A DNA stretch of 63,781 nucleotides from an uncultured Clostridia bacterium (GCA_947175385.1 CAMWMN010000001.1:1-63781); one strand, 5' to 3'. Numbered from the stretch's first letter, positions 1 through 9,309 are shown. Translations and numbers: made by a program. The notes: a model not told the origin generated them from the letters alone.

Positions 1-102
1 GGCGCAATAATCCTTTTGGCATTATTGGTTGGACTTATTATCCTAGCTACCAACACTTGTTTAGCACCACCCCATCTTAATTACGATACGCCCAGTCGCT
101 AA
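1..102 (+). CDS. small hydrophobic peptide, array copy 1 (5' partial): ...GAIILLALLVGLIILATNTCLAPPHLNYDTPSR
   Basis: Frame 1 open to TAA at 100-102; DNA ggcgcaataatccttttggc is identical to 321-340 of copy 3. Confidence 0.7.
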   Translation, partial: GAIILLALLVGLIILATNTCLAPPHLNYDTPSR

Positions 103-120
103 CTTTGGGAGGAACTTACC

Positions 121-267
121 ATGAAGAAAATCAACAAAGACACCCTAATCGAGATAATCGGCGCGATAGTACTTCTGGCACTTATCGGCGGAACGGTAGC
201 CTGCATTACATACGAGCCACCGAAGGCATCTTCCAACGATGTAGTCGACTACACGCTCAGCAACTAA
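121..267 (+). CDS. 48-aa small peptide, array copy 2: MKKINKDTLIEIIGAIVLLALIGGTVACITYEPPKASSNDVVDYTLSN
   Basis: RBS GGAGGA just upstream, ATG at 121, TAA at 265-267; paralogous to its neighbours; below the ORF-track length cutoff. Confidence 0.8.
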   Translation: MKKINKDTLIEIIGAIVLLALIGGTVACITYEPPKASSNDVVDYTLSN

Positions 268-282
268 TAGGAGGAACCCACC

Positions 283-446
283 GTGAAAAAACCAACAAAG
301 ACATCCTAATCGAAATAATCGGCGCAATAATCCTTTTGGCGGTAATCGGCGGAATTATTGTTTTGAATGTTGCACACTCGTATAACAATAATGATTCGGA
401 TTCAAATGTTGTTCTCGACAACAACATTATCCCGCTGATTCCATAG
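283..446 (+). pseudogene. small peptide, array copy 3, frameshifted in an A6 run just after the GTG start (restored: MKKTNKDILIEIIGAIILLAVIGGIIVLNVAHSYNNNDSDSNVVLDNNIIPLIP)
   Basis: RBS AGGAGGA then GTG at 283; A6 at 286-291 would need to be A7 to match the frame of copy 2. Confidence 0.65.
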
Positions 447-450
447 ATTC

Positions 451-476
451 AATCCCCCTGTTTCGTCAGGGGGATT
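451..476 (+). terminator. hairpin AATCCCCCTG-TTTCGT-CAGGGGGATT after the peptide array
   Basis: Perfect 10-bp stem directly after the stop codon; no U-tract. Confidence 0.55.
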
Positions 477-503
477 GACATTTTATGAACAATGTGTTAT
501 AAT
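475..503 (+). promoter_or_regulatory. sigma-A promoter TTGACA-17-TATAAT with extended TG
   Basis: Exact consensus and spacing. Confidence 0.85.
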
Positions 504-532
504 GTTCTTATATTACATTAGGGGGCTTGGCT

Positions 533-877
533 ATGTCAATCAACTTTTTCGAGCTGAAATATCTGATAACCGACTGCTTTTATTCGGAGAAAACGCTGAA
601 CGGATATACATACGAACAAGCGGCGGGGATTTGCTATGAGTCCTTTGCGGAATATGTCAACTCGGATTCTCCCGAATGTATAACCGCGATTTCCGAAATT
701 ATCGGATTAAAGTGCAGACACAAAGTGCAACTAACCGAAAGCGACACTTGGGAAATAAAAAAGGCACTCCGGTTGTATTCCACCTTGTGCGTTAAAGACG
801 TTTTTACCGAGTCTGAGTTGGAATATCTCGAAGAAGATATTGCGTTTCTGGAAGAACTACAAAGCAAGTTAGGATAA
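533..877 (+). CDS. small acidic helical hypothetical protein, possibly Imm3-like immunity protein
   Basis: ORF has its own promoter, RBS and terminator; only loose visual resemblance to Imm3. Confidence 0.45.
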   Translation: MSINFFELKYLITDCFYSEKTLNGYTYEQAAGICYESFAEYVNSDSPECITAISEIIGLKCRHKVQLTESDTWEIKKALRLYSTLCVKDVFTESELEYLEEDIAFLEELQSKLG

Positions 878-881
878 CAAT

Positions 882-913
882 AAAAATCCCCCTCGAATTT
901 GAGGGGGATTTTT
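882..913 (+). terminator. bidirectional intrinsic terminator AAAAATCCCCCTC..GAGGGGGATTTTT
   Basis: Inverted repeat with A/T tails. Confidence 0.75.
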
Positions 914-947
914 GTGACAAAACGGAATTTACTCGTGACTATATTAA
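914..947 (+). promoter_or_regulatory. putative ECF-sigma promoter GTGACA-N17-GACTATATTAA
   Basis: Same bipartite motif and spacing upstream of the paralogous sigma at 17915-17948 (-). Confidence 0.6.
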
Positions 948-969
948 TAGAGAATGAATTCAATCTCAA

Positions 970-1539
970 ATGCCGCGAGGGGGTGATGATTTGAACAACG
1001 AGTACGTTCTCTCAGAGCGTTCGGAGAGCGGATTGAGAGAGCTGAAACGGAAATACGAGCGGCTGATTCTTATGGTTTGCCGCAGTGTGCTGAAGTCCCC
1101 GGAGGACGCAGAGGAATGTGCGAATGACGCGCTGCTTGCCGTTTGGGAGAGCATCGAGCGCGACTATCCCGAAAACCTTACCGCCTATGTCTGCAAAATC
1201 ACCCGCCGCAAGGCTCTGAACCGACTGCGGTATAATACCGCGCCAATGCGCAGCTCCGAGCTGCTGACCGAGCTGGACGAGTGCCTGCCCTCCACGAAAT
1301 ACTCTCCCGAATCCATGTTCGAGAGTACCGAGCTTACTGCCGCACTGAACGACTGGCTCGGTACGCTCTCCGAGAAGCAACGGGTGCTGTTTATGCGGCG
1401 GTACTTCTTTTCCGAATCCATAAAGGACGCAGCCCGTGAATGCCGAATGACCGTCACCGCCGCAACCACCGCGCTGTCAAGGCTGCGCGGTTCATTAAAA
1501 AAATACCTTTCAGAAAGGGGTTTTAACTATGAAAACTAA
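970..1539 (+). CDS. ECF (sigma-70 group 4) RNA polymerase sigma factor; real start possibly TTG 991
   Basis: Region 2 (EDAEECANDALLAVW, AYVCKITRRKALNRLR) and region 4 HTH (LSEKQRVLFMRRYF..SIKDAA). Confidence 0.92.
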   Translation: MPRGGDDLNNEYVLSERSESGLRELKRKYERLILMVCRSVLKSPEDAEECANDALLAVWESIERDYPENLTAYVCKITRRKALNRLRYNTAPMRSSELLTELDECLPSTKYSPESMFESTELTAALNDWLGTLSEKQRVLFMRRYFFSESIKDAARECRMTVTAATTALSRLRGSLKKYLSERGFNYEN

Positions 1540-2395
1540 TTCCATATACGAGGCTCTTAACAACGTTGATGACAAGTTCATATCCGAAGCGGCGAAAGCC
1601 CACGGAAAGCGTCCTATGGCACTGATGATTACGGCGGCGTCCTTGGCGGCGGCTCTTGCGCTTGCTGTCGGAATCCGCAATTTAAGCGGAACAATGGGGA
1701 ATTATATCTCTCCCGCGGATTCGCCCGTTAATCAGAGCGGCGCGTCGTATGTAGCACCCGGATTCGGGGAATCCAAATTGTTATGGATATATGATTCTTT
1801 TAACAACCGAAAAGGTGAATTCACGTCCGATGCTTATGAAGCACAGGGTCTCGGGAAATCCGAAATGTCATTGCCGAACGATTCCGCTGACGACCAAAAC
1901 GGCGAATTCACGCTCGATGCTGATGGTAACTTCTGGTTTAATGTTTATCCCCACGATATTGTTATTCCCGATTCGTTCAAGCTTGATGAAACCGGGGAAC
2001 TTCGTTGGTTCCGCGACCTTGAAATGAGTCCCGCCGACCTTTTTGCGGAATTTGGGGTTTCTCCGCTGATGAACGATAATTTCACGAACTCCGGCGGCGA
2101 ACCAAGCGTTATGGTATCCCAGAGCACTATAGATTTTTTCTATACCCTTTACAATAAGAATATCAACAAAAATGTATATTTTGACGTAAGCTACCATACA
2201 CATGATATTGGTGGTGCTTATATCATCGGTGACAATAAAGTCATAAGTATGAAGGATGGTCATGGTGGAATTGTCGAACAAAACAGAGCATTTTTTGCTT
2301 ACGATGGGGTAATGTATGTAGTGAGTGTTTGCGGTACATTAGGCGACGAAAATGACTATATAATGGACGTTCTCGCTGACCTTGGCGTTCTCTAA
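1529..2395 (+). CDS. putative membrane-anchored anti-sigma factor
   Basis: Overlaps the sigma stop; N-terminal IYEALNNVDDKFISEA motif, one TM segment, large C-terminal domain. Confidence 0.75.
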   Translation: MKTNSIYEALNNVDDKFISEAAKAHGKRPMALMITAASLAAALALAVGIRNLSGTMGNYISPADSPVNQSGASYVAPGFGESKLLWIYDSFNNRKGEFTSDAYEAQGLGKSEMSLPNDSADDQNGEFTLDADGNFWFNVYPHDIVIPDSFKLDETGELRWFRDLEMSPADLFAEFGVSPLMNDNFTNSGGEPSVMVSQSTIDFFYTLYNKNINKNVYFDVSYHTHDIGGAYIIGDNKVISMKDGHGGIVEQNRAFFAYDGVMYVVSVCGTLGDENDYIMDVLADLGVL

Positions 2396-2404
2396 ATCAT
2401 AAAA

Positions 2405-2477
2405 AATCCCCTTCGGATAATTCCGAGGGGGATTAAACATTAAATTGTATTCCCCATCGCCAACGGCGGTGGGGAAT
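2405..2477. terminator. two hairpins (2405-2434 and 2449-2477) between convergent genes
   Basis: AATCCCC..GGGGATT and ATTCCCCA..TGGGGAAT inverted repeats. Confidence 0.65.
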
Positions 2478-2513
2478 ATCCCAAGGAGGGGATTTATTGC
2501 AAATCAGCAAGAA

Positions 2514-5500
2514 TTACTTTTCAAACTCTTCGCCGTATGCTTTCTGCATTTCAACGAGGTGGTCGTACTTCGCCTTGGAGTTCGCCTGTGCCTTGTCGAA
2601 CAGAGCGGTCGCTCTGTCAGGATTAGCACGCATAAGCGAGTTGTAACGAACCTCTCTCATCATAAATGCCTTGTAATCGCCGGTCGGAGCCTTGCTGTCC
2701 AGCGAGAAAGGATTCTTGCCCTCGTCAGCCAACGCGGGATTAAAGCGGAACAGGTGCCAGTAGCCAGCCTCAACGGCTTCCTTTTCAACCTGCTGAGCAA
2801 TCGTCAGACCGCCCTTAATGCCGTGGTTGATGCAAGGTGCATACGCGATAATCAGCGACGGTCCGTCATAAGCCTCTGCCTCGGCAATTGCTTTCAAGCA
2901 CTGATTTCTATCTGCGCCCATCGCGATCTGCGCTACATATACGTAACCATACTGCATAGCGATTCCCGCGAGATCCTTCTTCTTAACGTCCTTACCGCCT
3001 GCCGCGAACTGAGCAACCGCGCCCACGTTCGTTGCCTTGGAAGCCTGACCGCCTGTGTTGGAGTAAACCTCGGTATCGAATACGAATACGTTTACGTTCT
3101 TGCCCTGTGCGATTACGTGGTCAAGTCCGCCGTAACCGATATCGTAAGCCCAGCCGTCACCGCCGAAGATCCACTGGCTCTTCTTGGAGAGGTAGTTTTT
3201 GAGCTTCAGAACCTCCGAAACTGCGGGTTCGCTCTTGCACTGGCAGTTCTCGAATGCCTCAACGAGGTTCTTGGTTGCCTCTGCGTTTGCCTTGCCGTCA
3301 TTCTCGGTCTTGAAGTACTCGTCAATCAAAGCCTTAGCCTTATCGTGACCCTCAAGTGCCGCGATTTCTTTCAGCTTGGTCTGTGCTCTCTTACGGAGTG
3401 TATCCTGTGCGAGGAACATACCCAGACCAAATTCCGCGTTGTCCTCAAACAGGGAGTTCGCCCATGCCGGACCCTTGCCAGCCTTGTTGGTGGTGTACGG
3501 AGTCGAAGGCTCGGAACCTGCCCAGATAGACGAGCAGCCCGTTGCGTTGGCGATATACATTCTGTCGCCGAAGAGCTGTGTAATCAGCTTAGCATACGGA
3601 GTTTCTCCGCAGCCCGCGCACGCGCCCGAGAACTCGAGCAGCGGCTGCTTGAACTGAACGCCCTTAACGGTAGTATCCTTGAACTTCTCGGTTGCAGCGT
3701 CATTTTCGCTGTCATTCGCAACGGCATAGTCAAAGAACTTCTGCTGATCCATAACCTGCTCGATGGGAGTCATAACAAGCGCGTTCTTTGCCTTGTCCTT
3801 TGTGCCTGCGGGACAGATGTTCGCGCATACGCCGCAGCCCGTGCAGTCGAGCGTGGAGATCGCCATTGTGAACTTCATACCGGGCATTCCGGTCGCGTCC
3901 TTAACGGAAACGCCATCGGGGAGCTTAGCAGCCTGTTCCTCGTTGTAAACGAACGGGCGGATAACCGCGTGCGGACATACCATCGCACACTGGTTACACT
4001 GAATGCAGTTTTCGGGAATCCACTTGGGAACGTCAACCGCGATTCCGCGCTTTTCGTATGCAGCGGAGCCTTGCGGGAATGTGCCGTCCGCGATGTCCAC
4101 GAATGTGGAAACGGGCAGCTTGTCACCGCGCTGTGCGTTTACGGGAACCTGAATGTTGTTTACAAAGTCAACGAGGAACTTGTTGTCGCCCTCAAAATGC
4201 GGGTGAGTAAGCTCACCTGTGCAGTTCGCCCAATCTGCGGGAACGTCAACCTTGACAACCGCGCCCGCGCCCTGGTCGATTGCGGCATAGTTCATATTTA
4301 CAACGTCCTCGCCCTTCTTGCCGAACGAAGCGAGAGCCTTTTCCTTCATATACTTCACTGCGTCATCAGCGGGAATGATGTTCGCCAGCTTGAAGAACGC
4401 GGACTGAAGAACGGTGTTGGTTCTGTTGCCCAGACCGATTTCCTTGGCGATTTTGATTGCGTTGATGATGTAGAAGTTGATGTTGTTCTTTGCGATGTAG
4501 CTCTTCACGGAATTCGGGAGCTTTTCGCTCAGCTCGTCAACGCTCCACTGGCAGTTCAGCAGGAATGTTCCACCCGGAATAACGTCCTCAACCATATCGT
4601 ACTTGTCGATATAAGAGGGGTTGTGGCAAGCAACAAAGTTCGCCTTATTAATAAAGTATGTGGACTTGATCGGAGTCTTACCGAATCTCAGGTGAGAGAT
4701 GGTAACGCCACCCGACTTCTTGGAGTCATACGCGAAATAAGCCTGCGCGTACATATCGGTGTGGTCGCCGATAATCTTGATGGAGTTCTTGTTAGCTCCG
4801 ACAGTACCGTCCGAACCGAGTCCCCAGAACTTGCAGCAAGTCGTACCCTCGGGAGTGGTGTTCGGGTTCTCGGTAATCGGCAGCGACAGATTGGTTACAT
4901 CGTCCTCGATACCGATTGTGAAGCGTGCCTTGTCCTTGTTGTTGTAAACCGCGATAATCTGTGCGGGGTTGCAGTCCTTCGAGCCCAAGCCGTAACGTCC
5001 GCTGAATACGGGAACATCGTTGAACTTGTTTTCGCGCTTGAGAGCAGCCACAACATCGAGGAACAGCGGCTCGCCGAGCGAACCCGGCTCCTTGGTTCTG
5101 TCGAGCACGGAGATCTTCTTAACGGTGGACGGAATAGCCGATACAAATGCATTCGAAACGAACGGTCTGTACAGTCTTACTTTTACAAGACCAACCTTGC
5201 GTCCCTGAGCGTTGAGGTAGTCAATGGTTTCCTCAATGGTGTCGCAAACCGAGCCCATTGCCACGATAACCTCTTCCGCATCGGGTGCGCCGTAGTAATT
5301 GAACAGCTTGTAGTCCGTGCCGATTTCCGCGTTGACCTTGTCCATATACTCGGTAACGATATTCGGAATATTGTCGTAATACTTATTGCAAGCCTCTCTT
5401 GCCTGGAAGAAGATGTCGGGGTTTTGAGCTGTACCGTGCAGAACGGGTTTCTCGGGATTGAGCGCTCTGTCGCGGAATGCCTGTACGGAATCCCAGTCAA

Positions 5501-6083
5501 CCATCTTCGCAAGAGTGTCATAATCCCAGACATCGATCTTCTGAATCTCGTGGGAGGTTCTGAATCCATCGAAGAAGTGCAGGAAAGGCACTCTGCCCTT
5601 GATGGTAGCAAGGTGAGCAACCGCGCCCAGATCCATAACCTCCTGAGGGTTAGTAGAGCAAAGCATTGCGTAGCCCGTCTGACGGCAAGCGTAAATATCG
5701 CTGTGGTCGCCGAAGATAGATAGCGCGTGAGATGCGAGAGCGCGCGCCGATACGTGAATTACGCTCGGCAGCAGTTCGCCGGCGATTTTGTACATATTCG
5801 GAATCATCAGCAGAAGACCCTGTGACGCGGTGTAGGTGGTAGTCAGCGCACCTGCGGAAAGCGAGCCGTGAACCGCGCCCGCTGCGCCGCCCTCGGACTG
5901 CATTTCGATAACCTTAACGGTTTCGCCGAAGATGTTCTTTCTGCCCGCTGTTGCCCACGAATCTGTAACCTCCGCCATAACGGACGAAGGGGTGATGGGA
6001 TAAATTGCCGCCAGATCGGTAAACGCGTATGAAACGTGTCCCGCGGCGTTGTTACCATCCATTGTAAGCTTCTTTCTTGCCAT
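2514..6083 (-). CDS. nifJ: pyruvate:ferredoxin (flavodoxin) oxidoreductase
   Basis: YPITPSS, EMQSEGGAAG, 4Fe-4S motifs CIQCNQC and CTGCGVC, TPP motif GGDGWAYDIG; 1189 aa. Confidence 0.98.
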   Translation of the reverse strand: MARKKLTMDGNNAAGHVSYAFTDLAAIYPITPSSVMAEVTDSWATAGRKNIFGETVKVIEMQSEGGAAGAVHGSLSAGALTTTYTASQGLLLMIPNMYKIAGELLPSVIHVSARALASHALSIFGDHSDIYACRQTGYAMLCSTNPQEVMDLGAVAHLATIKGRVPFLHFFDGFRTSHEIQKIDVWDYDTLAKMVDWDSVQAFRDRALNPEKPVLHGTAQNPDIFFQAREACNKYYDNIPNIVTEYMDKVNAEIGTDYKLFNYYGAPDAEEVIVAMGSVCDTIEETIDYLNAQGRKVGLVKVRLYRPFVSNAFVSAIPSTVKKISVLDRTKEPGSLGEPLFLDVVAALKRENKFNDVPVFSGRYGLGSKDCNPAQIIAVYNNKDKARFTIGIEDDVTNLSLPITENPNTTPEGTTCCKFWGLGSDGTVGANKNSIKIIGDHTDMYAQAYFAYDSKKSGGVTISHLRFGKTPIKSTYFINKANFVACHNPSYIDKYDMVEDVIPGGTFLLNCQWSVDELSEKLPNSVKSYIAKNNINFYIINAIKIAKEIGLGNRTNTVLQSAFFKLANIIPADDAVKYMKEKALASFGKKGEDVVNMNYAAIDQGAGAVVKVDVPADWANCTGELTHPHFEGDNKFLVDFVNNIQVPVNAQRGDKLPVSTFVDIADGTFPQGSAAYEKRGIAVDVPKWIPENCIQCNQCAMVCPHAVIRPFVYNEEQAAKLPDGVSVKDATGMPGMKFTMAISTLDCTGCGVCANICPAGTKDKAKNALVMTPIEQVMDQQKFFDYAVANDSENDAATEKFKDTTVKGVQFKQPLLEFSGACAGCGETPYAKLITQLFGDRMYIANATGCSSIWAGSEPSTPYTTNKAGKGPAWANSLFEDNAEFGLGMFLAQDTLRKRAQTKLKEIAALEGHDKAKALIDEYFKTENDGKANAEATKNLVEAFENCQCKSEPAVSEVLKLKNYLSKKSQWIFGGDGWAYDIGYGGLDHVIAQGKNVNVFVFDTEVYSNTGGQASKATNVGAVAQFAAGGKDVKKKDLAGIAMQYGYVYVAQIAMGADRNQCLKAIAEAEAYDGPSLIIAYAPCINHGIKGGLTIAQQVEKEAVEAGYWHLFRFNPALADEGKNPFSLDSKAPTGDYKAFMMREVRYNSLMRANPDRATALFDKAQANSKAKYDHLVEMQKAYGEEFEK

Positions 6084-6147
6084 TGGATTTGTCCTCCTGT
6101 TAAACGAAAAAATTTATTGGGGTATAATCCCTAATATTACACTTCAT

Positions 6148-6176
6148 ATTGTACCATATTTTTCTGCGTTTTGCAA
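6148..6176 (-). promoter_or_regulatory. sigma-A promoter of nifJ (TTGCAA-17-TACAAT)
   Basis: Near-consensus with 17-bp spacer. Confidence 0.6.
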
Positions 6177-6296
6177 TAGAATTTAGAAAATTTTTTTAAT
6201 TTTTTTGTAGATAGTTACAATAAATCGGTAACAATTTTTATATCAAAAAATCAGCCCCGTTTTCACGGGGCTAAACATTTTACATAAAGTCGAATG

Positions 6297-7154
6297 TCAA
6301 ATCGGTGTATACTCATCAATCAAGTGCGCATATGGTTCACCGTTTTCAATGGCAAGGGGAACATAGTTTTCATGTAGGATATGAACGACAGCAACTTCCT
6401 TAAAATCTTCCGATTCGTCGCTGACATTGTACAAATAGAAATAAGCCGCGATTTCAACAAGCTCGCCGCCCGAGGAATTACCAGTTACAACAATATCCTG
6501 TGAAGTACCCTCAGCGGATGTAGTTGTATGGGTGATTTTTCCGTTCTTAAGATAGGAAAGATTTACAATAACCTTCTTAAACAAAGTTCTGTAAGAGTAC
6601 TGTGAATGCATTGTGATTTTTCGCCCATCGCCGCTGATATCAAAACCGCCGGGACTATTGCTATACCATTGAAAAGTTTTGAGATCTCCGTAGTATGTGT
6701 GCCTGCCTGACCACAAATTGTATTCTACATCATCAACCTTATCAAGTGTGATTTCTTTTGATTCAGATGATACCGCAGCTGCGTTCCACCTTTTCTCTTC
6801 AGAGATATCTGATGTCGGATGGATATGTTTGCCCGAACATTCCACAGTTCCACACCTCAAAGAATAATCGCCAGCAAGAAGAGCCTCCTCGTAAACAGTC
6901 AAACCGCTTTCGGTAGTTTCAAGCATATACGGCGCTACCGTATGCCTGGGATCAGCGTAGTATTCGGATTCTTCCTGCTTGCGCCTTGCTTCAACTTCCT
7001 CGGCGGTCATTGTGGGACATTCTTCACCCGACTCGGTAAAACACTTGCCGTAATTACTGCTGTCAACAATGTTTGCCGCCGATGCCGTAACCGCGCAAGC
7101 GGATACCATAGCCGCACAAGCGAGTGCTGAAATTTTCCAAAAATGTTTTTTCAT
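6297..7154 (-). CDS. secreted hypothetical protein
   Basis: Signal peptide MKKHFWK...ASA; upstream RBS AAGGA; promoter at 7247-7275. Confidence 0.75.
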   Translation of the reverse strand: MKKHFWKISALACAAMVSACAVTASAANIVDSSNYGKCFTESGEECPTMTAEEVEARRKQEESEYYADPRHTVAPYMLETTESGLTVYEEALLAGDYSLRCGTVECSGKHIHPTSDISEEKRWNAAAVSSESKEITLDKVDDVEYNLWSGRHTYYGDLKTFQWYSNSPGGFDISGDGRKITMHSQYSYRTLFKKVIVNLSYLKNGKITHTTTSAEGTSQDIVVTGNSSGGELVEIAAYFYLYNVSDESEDFKEVAVVHILHENYVPLAIENGEPYAHLIDEYTPI

Positions 7155-7246
7155 TTGTTTCGCTTCCTTTCAAAAAATAATATTGATAATACTGCAAGGA
7201 AAAACAGTGGAATCCTTCGGAGCGATTCTGCCACCTCTCAATTTTT

Positions 7247-7275
7247 ATTATATCACCGTTTCCGATATTTGTCAA
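7247..7275 (-). promoter_or_regulatory. sigma-A promoter TTGACA-17-TATAAT
   Basis: Exact consensus. Confidence 0.8.
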
Positions 7276-7393
7276 TGGGCATTTTGGTCAAAAAAGGAAA
7301 GCTGTTTTGTGTATAATCACCGCCAAAACTTTGTGTCGGGCAGGTTATTCTAACTTGTACATTACGTGCATATATTGTCTGCGGGGTGATGAA

Positions 7394-7774
7394 ATGCGGA
7401 AAGCAAAACGCGACAACCGCGCAAAGCCGTTCATAATCGGACTGATTTTCGGATATGCAGTGACGGGAGTGATCTGCGTTCTGTCGGCAGCGGTGCTGAG
7501 CCTGACGGATTCGGCTTCAACAGCCGCAGGAGCGGCGGCAGCTATCGCGCTGTCGGTGGGCAGCTTTATATGCGGCAAGACTGCGGGAATCCTCCGCCGC
7601 CGCAACGGCATGAAAACCGGCGCGGTCTGCGGAGTGCTTTTCGTGTTGCCCGTGACAGTTCTGTCGCTGATTTTCAGCGGATTCGGCGGCGGATTGATAC
7701 TGAAAATCGGCTTGTGCGCCGCCTTTGGAACAGTTGGCGGTGTCGCGGGAGTTAACAAAGAGGAACATTTATGA
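7394..7774 (+). CDS. small 4-TM membrane protein (TIGR04086-like)
   Basis: Gly/Ala-rich TM segments ending GGVAGVN; ATG at 7394 after GGGGTGA. Confidence 0.65.
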   Translation: MRKAKRDNRAKPFIIGLIFGYAVTGVICVLSAAVLSLTDSASTAAGAAAAIALSVGSFICGKTAGILRRRNGMKTGAVCGVLFVLPVTVLSLIFSGFGGGLILKIGLCAAFGTVGGVAGVNKEEHL

Positions 7775-8796
7775 AAATTATACTGGCAGTAATATCATTA
7801 ATAATGGCGGGATTTCTGCTTTTTGAGCCGAAAATCGCCGCCTCGGCGGTCGGGGCGGCGATTTCGGACTGTCTGGAGATCATTGTGCCGTCACTTTTCG
7901 CGTTCACGACACTGGCGATTTTCCTCCAGAAAAGCGGACTGTACCGTGTCGCATTAAAGCCGCTCACCTTTCCGCTGTCCAAGCTGCTGCGGCTTGACGA
8001 GGAGCTTTGCGCGGTGTTCGTTCTGGCAAACATCGGCGGATACCCGGTCGGCGTGAAACTGCTCTCGGAGCTGAAAAAGCAAGGCAGAATCTCTGCTGAT
8101 GACGCGGCGCGAATGATGTGCTGTTGTTTTGGCAGCGGCCCCGGGTTCATAGTTGGGATTGTCGGGGTGAACGTTTTCGAAAGCGCCACAGCGGGGCTTA
8201 TGCTGTTTGGAGCGTGCTTTGCCGGCTCGTTAGTGATTGCCGCCGCAGTCCGCGCACGCGGCGAAATAGCACTAAAGCCCGCCGAAACGCGATTCTCTCT
8301 TGATTCGACGAGCTTTACCGATTCAATTGTAACCGCCGCAAAGACGCTGTTTACGATTTGCGCGATGATTGTCGGATTCTCGGTTGTGACGGCATTTCTG
8401 CGCACAGTCGGCATAAACGCTCTGTTTGAGAAACTTTTCGGAAATTCGGCAATATTTCCCTCATTGTTGGAGGTCACGCGAATCAAGGAAATGCCGTTTT
8501 CTCCCGCCGCAATGTCGATTTGTGCCGCTCTGCTGAGCTTTGGCGGAGTGTGCGTGCTTTTGCAGATCAAAGCCCTCTCCAATGGAGTTCCACTGCGGAA
8601 ATTCGTGATTTCACGCGCCGCTGCAGCGGCAATCTCCGCGATAATCGCGCTCCCGTTGTCCACAATGCTTGAAGCCCCCGGTGGCGCAGTGTCGGCAGTG
8701 GTAAGCCCCATCGCGCCATTCTCGGTGAACGCTGTCTTGTCGGTATGCGTGTTGGCAATGTGCGGGATTCTGCTTGCCGAAACGCACAAGAACTGA
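7771..8796 (+). CDS. sporulation integral membrane protein YlbJ-like (nucleoside-recognition gate domain)
   Basis: IIVPSLF, IGGYPVG, GPGFI, LLEVT, SFGGVCV..Q motifs; usual neighbour of rsmD-coaD. Confidence 0.75.
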   Translation: MKIILAVISLIMAGFLLFEPKIAASAVGAAISDCLEIIVPSLFAFTTLAIFLQKSGLYRVALKPLTFPLSKLLRLDEELCAVFVLANIGGYPVGVKLLSELKKQGRISADDAARMMCCCFGSGPGFIVGIVGVNVFESATAGLMLFGACFAGSLVIAAAVRARGEIALKPAETRFSLDSTSFTDSIVTAAKTLFTICAMIVGFSVVTAFLRTVGINALFEKLFGNSAIFPSLLEVTRIKEMPFSPAAMSICAALLSFGGVCVLLQIKALSNGVPLRKFVISRAAAAAISAIIALPLSTMLEAPGGAVSAVVSPIAPFSVNAVLSVCVLAMCGILLAETHKN

Positions 8797-9309
8797 TTAC
8801 TCGCCCGGTTTTTCCATCATTCGGGTTTTCGACTGAGAGGTCTGGATTCCGTTTTGGGCGCCGTTTATGCTACTTCTGAGGAGCTTGAGGTTGTTCAAGT
8901 CAGTGACGAGCAGCTCCTCTACCCGCATCAGCATTTTATCGGCGAAATCACTGGTTGATGAGCGAATATCGCTGCTGTGCGTCTGCGCGGCGCTGATTAC
9001 CTCTGTCGCGCGGCGGCGGGCTTCTTTCATCACATCGCTCTCCTCGATAAGCTCGGCGCGGCGCTGCTCCGCCTTGCGGATTATGCTTTCCGCCTCGCGC
9101 TTGGCTTCCGAAATTATGTTGTTCTTATCGGACACAACTTTCTGTGCCTGTTGGATCTCCATCGGCAGCACCATACGCATATCAGATACAATATCAACGA
9201 TTTTGTCCACATCTACCATACTTTTCTTGCCGAACGGCACGCGCGTAGACTCGTGGAGCACGTCCTCAAGCATTTCGATAAGATCCTCAATTGAATATGA
9301 ATTTTCCAT
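8797..9309 (-). CDS. conserved coiled-coil protein downstream of coaD (DivIVA/ATPase-subunit-like hypothetical)
   Basis: VPF..VD and LP.EI..A motifs with a long coiled coil; typical clostridial synteny. Confidence 0.7.
   Translation of the reverse strand: MENSYSIEDLIEMLEDVLHESTRVPFGKKSMVDVDKIVDIVSDMRMVLPMEIQQAQKVVSDKNNIISEAKREAESIIRKAEQRRAELIEESDVMKEARRRATEVISAAQTHSSDIRSSTSDFADKMLMRVEELLVTDLNNLKLLRSSINGAQNGIQTSQSKTRMMEKPGE

Noticed and set aside
105-446. 113-aa ORF from the ORF track
   Set aside because: Artefact: it reads an off-frame of peptide copy 2 into the frameshifted copy 3; the RBSs point to starts at 121 and 283
1-446. Possible CRISPR array or DGR repeat
   Set aside because: The repeats are degenerate, protein-coding and RBS-led; no cas or reverse transcriptase gene is in the window
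2445-5723. 1092-aa ORF antisense to nifJ
   Set aside because: Shadow ORF produced by the codon bias of a highly expressed gene; no RBS or recognisable motifs. The same applies to the many antisense ORFs over the flagellar and trp genes.
6200-6236. Possible Rex operator upstream of nifJ
   Set aside because: TTGT..ACAA spacing does not fit the 18-bp Rex palindrome
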